DNA of 63,722 nucleotides, counting the filler. It is 6 parts of 6 records of this genome, joined end to end, with 100 filler letters (N's around TTAATTAATTAA, not from the genome) between each part and the next. Parts side by side here need not be neighbours in the genome. Positions count along the whole stretch, not along the records: positions 1 to 7,561 come from SRR31147125_13804; positions 7,662 to 33,386 come from SRR31147125_13812; 4 more parts are not named here. The stretch is one strand, 5' to 3'. This document shows positions 1 to 7,994 of the stretch, in pieces (position 1 is the first letter of the stretch; the number at the start of each line of letters is the position of its first letter). Below the pieces are notes generated by a model. The model ran no database searches and had not been told where the DNA came from. It saw only the letters and a list, made by a program, of their open reading frames with translations. The translations under genes and the position numbers were made by a program.

Positions 1-2
1 TC

Positions 3-1187
3 ATCGGGTCCTATTTTACGATGGAATATTCAATTGAATCGGCAGCATTCTTTAACCCGTCAATGATTGAACATCCCGACCAAACTGAGATTATGCCAGG
101 CTCCAAAAGGGTAATTATTAGCTTCAGGGCTACAGGCGAAGGGCATATTTCATCAATTGTATTCAGGACTGGCGTACTTGACAAAAACAATAAACTTGTT
201 CTTGAGCCCATAGGCAATATGCTGGAAGAAGCAGAACATATTAGGAGACACATATACAATAAAAAATCATTTGCCCGTAAATTGGATGAAATGCAAGAGG
301 TTCGGGATATCATTCCATCAGGTTTAATACTTGACAAATTAAATGATGAATTCACTTATGGAGAATTACGGAAATGCATTGAGGATGCCAGAAAGGTGCA
401 TCACCTTGCTTCGGCCAAAGAAATTCTTTTTAATCAGATTATCTGGTTAGCTTCGTCGCATTATGAGCTGGATTTTTCTTTAGATACCAATATTTCGGAA
501 AGGGTTCTTTTTCCGGTTTCGGCAAACGAAAAAAGTGGTATTGAAGATGCCCGTTTTGTTAAGTTTACAGACGAAGATGGCAAAATTACCTATTATGCAA
601 CCTATACGGCTTACGATGGTAGTTCAATATTGCCAAAACTACTTGAAACGAAAGATTTTTACCATTTTAAAATATCTCCATTGCATGGTGAAATTGCCAA
701 AAATAAAGGAATGGCACTCTTTCCCCGTAAAGTCAACGGTAAATATGCAATGCTTTGCCGTCTTGATGGTTTTAATAATTACATCGCCTTTTCAGATAAT
801 ATGACCATTTGGCGTGAAGCGAAGATTCTCCAACAACCAAAATTTAGGTGGGAGCTCATTCAGATTGGTAACTGCGGCTCACCCATAGAAACAGAAGAAG
901 GCTGGCTGGTTATAACGCATGGCGTAGGCCCAATGCGCGAATATGTTTTAGGAGCAGCTTTGTTTGATTTGGATAACCCGGAAAAAGAAATAGGAAGGTC
1001 AAAAACCCCGCTTTTAATTCCAAATAACGAAGAAAGAGAAGGTTATGTTCCTAATGTAGTGTATTCTTGCGGGTCAATGCTACATAACGAGGATTTAATT
1101 ATACCTTATGCAATGTCCGATTACTCCTCAACCTATGCTTCAGTTAATTTAAAAGAACTACTCGAAGAGTTGAAAAAACCGGATTAA
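3..1187 (+). CDS. GH130-family glycosidase/phosphorylase (PH1107-related), 5'-truncated
   Basis: Motifs GIEDARFV, YYATYTAYDG, KGMALFPRK, QIGNCGSP, GYVPNVVYSCG; the frame is open back to the window start. Confidence 0.85.
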   Translation: MGSYFTMEYSIESAAFFNPSMIEHPDQTEIMPGSKRVIISFRATGEGHISSIVFRTGVLDKNNKLVLEPIGNMLEEAEHIRRHIYNKKSFARKLDEMQEVRDIIPSGLILDKLNDEFTYGELRKCIEDARKVHHLASAKEILFNQIIWLASSHYELDFSLDTNISERVLFPVSANEKSGIEDARFVKFTDEDGKITYYATYTAYDGSSILPKLLETKDFYHFKISPLHGEIAKNKGMALFPRKVNGKYAMLCRLDGFNNYIAFSDNMTIWREAKILQQPKFRWELIQIGNCGSPIETEEGWLVITHGVGPMREYVLGAALFDLDNPEKEIGRSKTPLLIPNNEEREGYVPNVVYSCGSMLHNEDLIIPYAMSDYSSTYASVNLKELLEELKKPD

Positions 1188-1224
1188 AAGGCCACTTCGG
1201 AAATGTTATCAGCGTTTCTTTTGA

Positions 1225-1313
1225 TACTGCCTACTGCTTGCCTACTGCCACTGCTTCTGCTACTAAATTACTGCCACTTCTTACTGCCACTACTACTATA
1301 ATACTGCTAATAC
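1225..1313. repeat. Low-complexity degenerate (T)ACTGC(C/T) tandem repeat
   Basis: Many ACTGC/ACTGCC/ACTAC units just downstream of the GH130 stop. Confidence 0.7.
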
Positions 1314-1320
1314 ATGTTTA

Positions 1321-1390
1321 ATGTGTGAATGATGTAACTTATTTACATAGTTGTGTAATGGTTTCAGTATAGGATGTATATACCTTTATT
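1321..1390 (+). promoter_or_regulatory. Repeated promoter module, copy 1 (ATGTGTGAATGATGTAA ... TACCTTTATT)
   Basis: 65/70 identical to 4089-4158; Bacteroidota-like -7 element (TAnnTTT) 60 nt after the motif start. Confidence 0.75.
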
Positions 1391-2033
1391 AAAAGGAAAT
1401 ACATCCATAATTTGAACAGAAAAAGGTGAATATTTAAATTTTAAATAATGACATACAATAAAATGAATAACAACTATTTTCAACAATTGCATTTTTATCT
1501 TAGAAAAATAATGCAATCGTTCAAACTAAAATTTCCTTCAAAAAGTTGATTTTTAAACCAACAGCCCAAACTTCTTTATATGACGGATATAATAAAAAAT
1601 TGCCTTTTGATGAAAAATATCATCACCGACCGAACACAAAACCTTCTGCTGATAAGCAAACACAATTGAAAGAAAAAAGAGCGAAAAAACCATAGCTAAT
1701 TGGTAACATTTAATTTATAATAAAAAGCTAACAGCTTATCTTTTTAAAAATTGAAATAATTAATTCTAATACCATGAGATTAAAATACAATACCGGAAGT
1801 ATCATTGAATTAAAAGCAAAACTCAAAATAGTTATAAAGCAAATTAAAAGACGCTGGTGTCATGCCACATCAATTTTAACACTTGATATCTGACAGCGTG
1901 CGTACCGATAACCATCAGTACTCCTGTCACCATCTAAAAGCTAACCAGATCTTGCAGACACTGGCAGGTTTCAACGTCTATACGCGTATGACATAACACT
2001 AGAAATAATTAACATTTCAAATAAGTTAAGCGA

Positions 2034-3005
2034 ATGGGAAATAATATTAACACAAGCAAAATTGAATCACCTCTTTTAAGAAAAATGCTGAAGTACAAAA
2101 AGACTATCACAATTGTATTTTTTTCTTTACTGATTATCTTAAGTGCTTTTTTTCAGATTGAACCCGAAGAAGTTGGTATTATTACCCGCTTTGGTAAATA
2201 TGTGAAGAAAGTTGAACCGGGGCTTAACCTGAAAATGCCTTTTATTGAACAGGTATATAAAGTTCCTGTTGAAAGGCAACAAAAACTGGAGTTTGGTTTC
2301 AGAACGGTGCAAGCTGGCATCAATACACAATATACAAGGTCTGGCACCAAAGATGAGTCTTTAATGCTTACCGGCGATCTTAACCTGGCAGATGTGGAAT
2401 GGGTTGTTCAATATCGTATTAATAATCCATACAACTATTTATTTAAGGTAAGGAATCCTGAAAATTCACTGCGAGATGTTTCAGAAGCTGCACTCAGACA
2501 AATTGTTGGAGACCGCACAGTGAATGAAGTGCTTACAGTTGGGCGTACGGAGATAGCCACTAATATGGTAGAACTTATGAACCAAATATGCAAGGAATAT
2601 TCACTTGGAATTAAAGTTGACCAGGTAGTACTGCAAGATGTTAATCCTCCGGAACTTGTAAAAGCTGCTTTTAACGCCGTAAACCAGGCACAACAAGAAA
2701 AGGAAACGTTGATTAACCAAGCCAAATCAGAGTATAATAAGGTTATACCCAAAGCAAGTGGACAGGCAAAGGAAACAATACAAAAAGCAGAAGGATTTGC
2801 TACCGAACGAGTTAATAATGCACTCGGTGAGGCTGCCCGTTTTAATTCTATTTATAAAGAATATATTAAAGCTCCTGAAGTTACTAAAAGAAGACTTTAT
2901 CTCGAAACAATGGGGTCTGTTTTGCCAAAGTTGGGCAGTAAAATTATCATCGATGAACAAGGAAACAATGTATTACCATTATTACAAATGCAATTAAACC
3001 AATAA
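2034..3005 (+). CDS. hflK: FtsH protease modulator HflK
   Basis: N-terminal TM, SPFH domain, MLTGDLNLADVEWVVQYRI, APEVTKRRLYLETM. Confidence 0.95.
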   Translation: MGNNINTSKIESPLLRKMLKYKKTITIVFFSLLIILSAFFQIEPEEVGIITRFGKYVKKVEPGLNLKMPFIEQVYKVPVERQQKLEFGFRTVQAGINTQYTRSGTKDESLMLTGDLNLADVEWVVQYRINNPYNYLFKVRNPENSLRDVSEAALRQIVGDRTVNEVLTVGRTEIATNMVELMNQICKEYSLGIKVDQVVLQDVNPPELVKAAFNAVNQAQQEKETLINQAKSEYNKVIPKASGQAKETIQKAEGFATERVNNALGEAARFNSIYKEYIKAPEVTKRRLYLETMGSVLPKLGSKIIIDEQGNNVLPLLQMQLNQ

Positions 3006-3017
3006 CATGTTAGAATT

Positions 3018-3962
3018 ATGAAGAAAAATAAAATTATATTATTAAGCATCACCTCTATAATATTGTTAATAGTAGTATTACAAAGTGTTTATGTTGTAAA
3101 AGAAACAGAGCAGGTAGTTATTACTCAATTTGGGAAACCTGTGGGAGAGGCTAAAACAGAACCAGGTCTAAAGTTTAAAACCCCCTTTATACAAAAAACC
3201 AATTATTTTGAGAAACGCTACATGGAGTGGGATGGTGATCCAAACCAAGTGCCGACAAAAGATAAAAAATTTATTTTTGTTGATACCTATGCACGCTGGC
3301 AAATCACCGATCCATTACAGTTCTTTAAAAGAATGACCAATGAAAGAGGTGCGCAATCCCGTCTGGATGATATCCTTGATGGGGAAACAAGGGATTATAT
3401 TGCTGCCCATAACCTGGAAGAAGCTGTACGGTCTCACAATAGGGTCCCGGCTTCTACCGGAGCAACTGGCGAAATGATTTCAGATTCGCTTACTAACATA
3501 TCTGTTGGGCGCCAAGAATTACAGCGTATGATTCTTATTTCTGCCAATAAGAAAGCCCAGGATCTTGGTATTGTTATACTAGACTTTCGATTTAAACGGA
3601 TTAATTATGTTCAGGAAGTTAGTGCCCAGGTATACGAGCGTATGAAAAGCGAGAGGTTTCGAATAGCTGATAAATTCCGGTCTGAAGGACAGGGTGAAGC
3701 TTCACGTATTAATGGAGAGAAAGAGAGGGAACTAAAGACAATTCAATCCGAAGCTTTTAGAAAAGCTGAAGAAATAAAAGGAGAGGCCGATGCCAAAGCT
3801 GCAGCAATATATGCTTCTGCATATGACCAAACATCTGCTTCACGCGAATTATATGGTTTTTTAAAATCAATGGAAACTTTCGAAACAACCTTTGATACAT
3901 CTACATCTGTGATTTTATCTACCGATAGTGAGTTGTTTAAATACTTAAAAAGCATGAAGTAA
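3018..3962 (+). CDS. hflC: FtsH protease modulator HflC
   Basis: VITQFGKPV, VDTYARWQITDPL, YERMKSER; directly follows hflK. Confidence 0.95.
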   Translation: MKKNKIILLSITSIILLIVVLQSVYVVKETEQVVITQFGKPVGEAKTEPGLKFKTPFIQKTNYFEKRYMEWDGDPNQVPTKDKKFIFVDTYARWQITDPLQFFKRMTNERGAQSRLDDILDGETRDYIAAHNLEEAVRSHNRVPASTGATGEMISDSLTNISVGRQELQRMILISANKKAQDLGIVILDFRFKRINYVQEVSAQVYERMKSERFRIADKFRSEGQGEASRINGEKERELKTIQSEAFRKAEEIKGEADAKAAAIYASAYDQTSASRELYGFLKSMETFETTFDTSTSVILSTDSELFKYLKSMK

Positions 3963-4088
3963 AGATTGAACATGACGACATTAGAAATTAATATCCTTAT
4001 ATTTTTTGAATGTCGGCACAAACGAATAACATCATTATCGTACAAAATATTTTCTACGTTAATCTCTATAAAACATTTAAATAATTGA

Positions 4089-4158
4089 ATGTGTGAATGA
4101 TGTAACTAATTTACATAGTTGTGTAATGATTTCAGTATGGAATGTATGTACCTTTATT
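4089..4158 (+). promoter_or_regulatory. Repeated promoter module, copy 2
   Basis: Near-identical to 1321-1390; 35 nt upstream of the lipoprotein ATG at 4194. Confidence 0.8.
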
Positions 4159-4193
4159 GTATGGAAATATATCCATAACTTAATTCAGAATAA

Positions 4194-4649
4194 ATGAAAA
4201 ATTCAATTTTAACATTGTCTTTTATTGTAATGGCAGGGACAATGCTAACAAACTGCCAGTCTTCGAACAAAAATGATGATAAAGACAGTAAGAAAACAAA
4301 GAGAACTGAAAAATATTTAGAAACCGCTAAAAGTGATTCTGTTAAGGTGCTGCAAGACACAATAGTAGCATATCAAAAATTTATCATAGAATCCGAAAAC
4401 AGGATTAATACATACGAAAAAGAGATTGCTGATTTAAAGATTAAAATTGACAAGGAAAATAAAACGGAAAAAGCTAAGTATGAAAAGAAGTTAGCTCAAC
4501 TGGAACAAAAAAATGAAACATTGAAAACAAAAGTTATCGACTACAAGAATAGACAGATTGATGATTGGGATAAAAAACAAATTGAATTTCGAAACGATCT
4601 GGATGATTTAGGTAGTGCAATATCAGATTTCTTTGTAAAAGAAGAATAA
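4194..4649 (+). CDS. Coiled-coil lipoprotein (hypothetical)
   Basis: Signal peptide ending LTNC (lipobox-like); K/E-rich coiled coil. Confidence 0.8.
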   Translation: MKNSILTLSFIVMAGTMLTNCQSSNKNDDKDSKKTKRTEKYLETAKSDSVKVLQDTIVAYQKFIIESENRINTYEKEIADLKIKIDKENKTEKAKYEKKLAQLEQKNETLKTKVIDYKNRQIDDWDKKQIEFRNDLDDLGSAISDFFVKEE

Positions 4650-4698
4650 TTGAGTTTTGTTTTAAAGCAAAAATATTTACATCTAAAAATTAAAAGTC

Positions 4699-4857
4699 AT
4701 GAAAAATCTACTTTATATAATAGTTGGTTTATTATTAGTTATTTGGGGTATTCTTTTTTGGGGACTGCATGCTTCAGGTCCCGTTCATTTACTTCTAGCA
4801 TTATCTGGGTTTATTATACTTATACGGCTTGCTTTTAATAAACAACTAATGAATTAG
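4699..4857 (+). CDS. lmo0937/DUF5670-like small membrane protein, 52 aa (below the ORF-track cutoff)
   Basis: Translated by hand: MKNLLYIIVGLLLVIWGILFWGLHASGPVHLLLALSGFIILIRLAFNKQLMN; two hydrophobic helices with the family's W..G and HLLL pattern. Confidence 0.8.
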   Translation: MKNLLYIIVGLLLVIWGILFWGLHASGPVHLLLALSGFIILIRLAFNKQLMN

Positions 4858-4928
4858 AGCAAATAAGAAAAGAGAAATAGTTAAGAGCCTTTAATTTTTA
4901 TACATACAGAGATTTTAAATTAATTACA

Positions 4929-5120
4929 ATGAACAAAGGAACAGTTAAATTTTACAATGATTCAAAAGGGTTTGGATTTATCGTAGATTCAGATTCGCTA
5001 AAAGAATATTTTGTGCATTCATCCGGACTTAAAGAAAATATAAAAGATAATGACAAAGTAAGTTTTGAATTGGAAAAAGGGCAAAAGGGTTTAAATGCAG
5101 TAAATGTTAAACTTCTCTAA
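4929..5120 (+). CDS. Cold-shock protein
   Basis: GTVKFYNDSKGFGFI (RNP1) and YFVHSSG (RNP2). Confidence 0.95.
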   Translation: MNKGTVKFYNDSKGFGFIVDSDSLKEYFVHSSGLKENIKDNDKVSFELEKGQKGLNAVNVKLL

Positions 5121-5277
5121 AATAGTTGATAGATTCACCGTTACTCAATTTGCAATTGAACAATGGAGTGTACCTTAAGTACAAGTATCGTTTATATTGC
5201 CTCTAGGCAATCCATTATTTACGGGTTCATTTTGTAAATTGAGTATTGTTGAATCTTTAATTTATCAATGTACTATT
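5121..5277 (+). ncRNA. Candidate structured RNA or MITE-like element (long rod capped by a three-way junction)
   Basis: Nested complementary segments 5121-26/5272-77, 5131-37/5250-56, 5142-55/5232-45, 5157-61/5225-29 and 5162-67/5211-16, plus two inner hairpins. Confidence 0.4.
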
Positions 5278-5433
5278 TCAACGAATAACACAATGGTTGA
5301 TTCTTTCTGGGGACATTACTTGAAAATTTCTTTTAAAAGAAAAATCATGAAATCAAATAATTACGGCCAATTAAATGAAGTTCCTGATTTTATTGAGGAA
5401 AGGGATATTTTTGGGCTCATTAAACCCAAAAAC

Positions 5434-6402
5434 ATGAATTTATTGAAACAGCTAAAAACGCAGACAATTGTGGTGGCCGATTCGGGAGACTTTGAGGCCA
5501 TGCGCAAATATTATCCCATTGATGCTACTACAAATCCTTCTCTTATTTATAAGGCCTGTCAGGATAATAAATACGTCCCTTTGCTCAAAGAAGCTATTGT
5601 ACACGCCCAAATTAAATCGCCCCATAAAAATACTCAACTCAGTATTGCTCTGGACAGACTCTATATTGCTTTTGGCCTGGAAATATTAAAAATTGTACCA
5701 GGAAGGGTTTCTATTGAGGTTGATCCAAGACTTTCATTTGATACTGAAGGAACGGTTTCTAAGGCAAAAGAACTTATTGGGTTGTATAAAGAAGCTGGCA
5801 TAGATCGCGAAAGAATACTGATTAAAATAGCGGCCACTTGGGAAGGAATAAGAGCAGCAGAACGATTAACCAAAGAAGGCATCCATTGCAATTTAACATT
5901 ACTTTTCTCAATGCAACAAGCCATTGCTTGTGCCGAAGCAGGTGTTCAACTTATTTCGCCTTTCGTGGGGCGAATACTTGACTGGCACCTAAAAAACGAA
6001 AAAAACAAACAATATACACCAGCTACTGAGCCAGGTGTATTGTTAGTGAAAGACATTTACAATTACTTTAAAAAATATAGGTACAAAACTCAGATTATGG
6101 CAGCCAGCTTTAGAAATATAGGTGAGATTGCAGAACTAGCCGGATGCGACCTGATGACAATTTCTCCTGAGCTACTGGGCGAAATGCAGCAAATAGAAGG
6201 AATTCTTGAAAGAAAATTGATTTCTGAAAACAGTAAAAAGCTCGACATACAAAGGATAGAGATAGATGAAATAAAATTTTTGGAGATGATGAACGAGGAT
6301 GTTATGGCAACAGAAAAACTGGCAGAAGGAATAAATAAATTCACAGAAGATCTGGAGAAACTTGAAAGTATTATCCTAAAAAAATTACAAAGCATCAATT
6401 AA
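5434..6402 (+). CDS. tal: Transaldolase
   Basis: DATTNPSLI, GRVSIEVDPRLSFD, LIKIAATWEGI, ISPFVGRILDW; start moved to MNLLKQLK at 5434. Confidence 0.95.
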   Translation: MNLLKQLKTQTIVVADSGDFEAMRKYYPIDATTNPSLIYKACQDNKYVPLLKEAIVHAQIKSPHKNTQLSIALDRLYIAFGLEILKIVPGRVSIEVDPRLSFDTEGTVSKAKELIGLYKEAGIDRERILIKIAATWEGIRAAERLTKEGIHCNLTLLFSMQQAIACAEAGVQLISPFVGRILDWHLKNEKNKQYTPATEPGVLLVKDIYNYFKKYRYKTQIMAASFRNIGEIAELAGCDLMTISPELLGEMQQIEGILERKLISENSKKLDIQRIEIDEIKFLEMMNEDVMATEKLAEGINKFTEDLEKLESIILKKLQSIN

Positions 6403-6592
6403 ATAATTGAAATTAATCAGTTTAACCAATGTATACTGAAAGGTAGTAAGCTACTTGTCTATTGGTTAGCTATAAATGAATAATTTCGAAACCTCATTGA
6501 ACGACCCGCTGACCTCAATGAATGACTTTGCGGCTGTCATCGTGTCAGGATCGAACCTCTCCGAACGATTCATCGATCTCGTCGAACAACTC

Positions 6593-6726
6593 CGTGGCGA
6601 TAGATAAACCACCTTACAGTTTATTTTACTTACCACTAAAGCAATACCCGTTACATGCCTACAATATGTAACTATGCCAGTTGGTGCTCATTTGACTTGC
6701 TATGTGGTGATAAAACAGGTACTCTT
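6593..6726 (+). pseudogene. Relic of a P-type (type IIIA, H+-exporting-like) ATPase
   Basis: One frame reads RGDR*TTLQFILLTTKAIPVTCLQYVTMPVGA; after a frame change it reads FDLLCGDKTGTL (phosphorylation motif DKTGT). Confidence 0.7.
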
Positions 6727-6820
6727 GAACAGATATTAGAATCTTCCGTTTATGGGAACTTAAAGTTCTGGGTTAATTGAATGAATAAAAGTATGATATA
6801 TATAACAATCATATCCAGTT

Positions 6821-6890
6821 ATGTGTGAATGATGTAATTTAATACCAGAGTTTTATAACAGGGTATTACGTTTAGAGAGGTAACTTTATT
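6821..6890 (+). promoter_or_regulatory. Repeated promoter module, copy 3 (diverged)
   Basis: Same 17-mer ATGTGTGAATGATGTAA and TAACTTTATT at the same +60 offset; 24 nt before the ATG at 6915. Confidence 0.7.
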
Positions 6891-6914
6891 AACAATCTTA
6901 TAAAAATTAAAAAT

Positions 6915-7166
6915 ATGGGAAATTTAGAATCAAGTGTGATCAAAGATTACGATAAATTAGATGATAAATTAAAGAAACAAGTTAAGCTTGCTTATCCTAA
7001 TGGATTTAGTCACGCTATTATTGAGTTTACTAATAATAGTAAAAAAGTAGATGCCATAAGATTTGAGACTAACAAAAATATCTATTTGCTTAGATTATCA
7101 AAAAAAATGATGATTCAGATAATGGAAGAAAATGAGGATTTCGAAGATGACTATAATTATTATTGA
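6915..7166 (+). CDS. Small conserved Bacteroidota hypothetical protein
   Basis: VIKDYDKLD...KLAYPNGF...AIRFET pattern with an acidic tail; preceded by the promoter module. Confidence 0.7.
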   Translation: MGNLESSVIKDYDKLDDKLKKQVKLAYPNGFSHAIIEFTNNSKKVDAIRFETNKNIYLLRLSKKMMIQIMEENEDFEDDYNYY

Positions 7167-7368
7167 AAACAAACGATAGTTATTAAACAAAGGGGGATTG
7201 TTCTTGAGCCGGACTTTCTTTGCCTGTTTGTCCTGCAGTTCTTCCAGTGTACCGTCTTTCTTTTTTTTTCAATAGGCACAGTTATCGACACTTGTGAATT
7301 AAATTTAAACAGTCTCTGAATTCTTTTGTTTTTTTACAACTTTTTTACTTCGACAAAAGTTTAAATTA

Positions 7369-7561
7369 TTAAACTACAGTGTCTCTCATAATGTATTTGC
7401 TATAATCTTTTAACATGGGTTGATAGGCTTCTTTAAATAATTTAGAAGAAATAATAAAGTCTGCTGTAGCTCTATTACTTGCAGTTGTAATGTTATAAAG
7501 CACAGCAATTCTCAAAAGCGCTTTCACATCCACATCATGGGATTGTTGTTGCATAGGATCC
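7369..7561 (-). CDS. mgsA: Methylglyoxal synthase, C-terminal fragment (contig end)
   Basis: DPMQQQSHDVDVKALLRIAVLYNI...NRATADFII. Confidence 0.88.
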
Positions 7562-7661
7562 NNNNNNNNNNNNNNNNNNNNNNNNNNNNNNNNNNNNNNN
7601 NNNNNTTAATTAATTAANNNNNNNNNNNNNNNNNNNNNNNNNNNNNNNNNNNNNNNNNNNN
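7562..7661. other. Artificial contig linker
   Basis: N44-TTAATTAATTAA-N44 (stop codons in all frames). Confidence 0.99.
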
Positions 7662-7793
7662 CAGAATGTTCTTGTCGAGTTGTTTCGCTTTTTCAAGGGT
7701 ACTCAGATAACTTGTTTTTTCAAAATGGACCCCTTTATCCGCGGAACAAACAATAAACAAAAGTCCTATCAGCACTACCTGAACCGCTTTCAT
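7662..7793 (-). CDS. Secreted thioredoxin-like protein, N-terminal fragment
   Basis: MKAVQVVLIGLLFIVCSA signal, then GVHFEKTSYLSTLEKAKQLDKNIL; AGGAG RBS upstream; truncated by the linker. Confidence 0.55.
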
Positions 7794-7994
7794 TTTTATC
7801 CTCCTACTTTTAAGGAAAGTAATAAGAACCTGTATGTAGATAGTTTTCTTGATTGTTTCTTTTGCTTGAAAAAACAGCAGAGCTATCTTGTTATCCCCTT
7901 TCCTGAGGAATACGTACACAACAGGATCAGGTTTCACTATTCTCAGCCATTACCTTTTTTCTCAAGTGATGCTGATCAAATTCAGTAAAAGATC

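Noticed and set aside
4650-4838. 62-aa ORF from the track
   Set aside because: Out-of-frame shadow of the lmo0937-type gene at 4699-4857
5197-5433. 79-aa N-terminal extension of transaldolase
   Set aside because: TTG start lies inside the structured element; transaldolase-like sequence only begins at the Met at 5434
7606-7617. TTAATTAATTAA palindrome recurring five times
   Set aside because: Always centred in N-runs; it is an assembly-concatenation linker, not a biological repeat or CRISPR array
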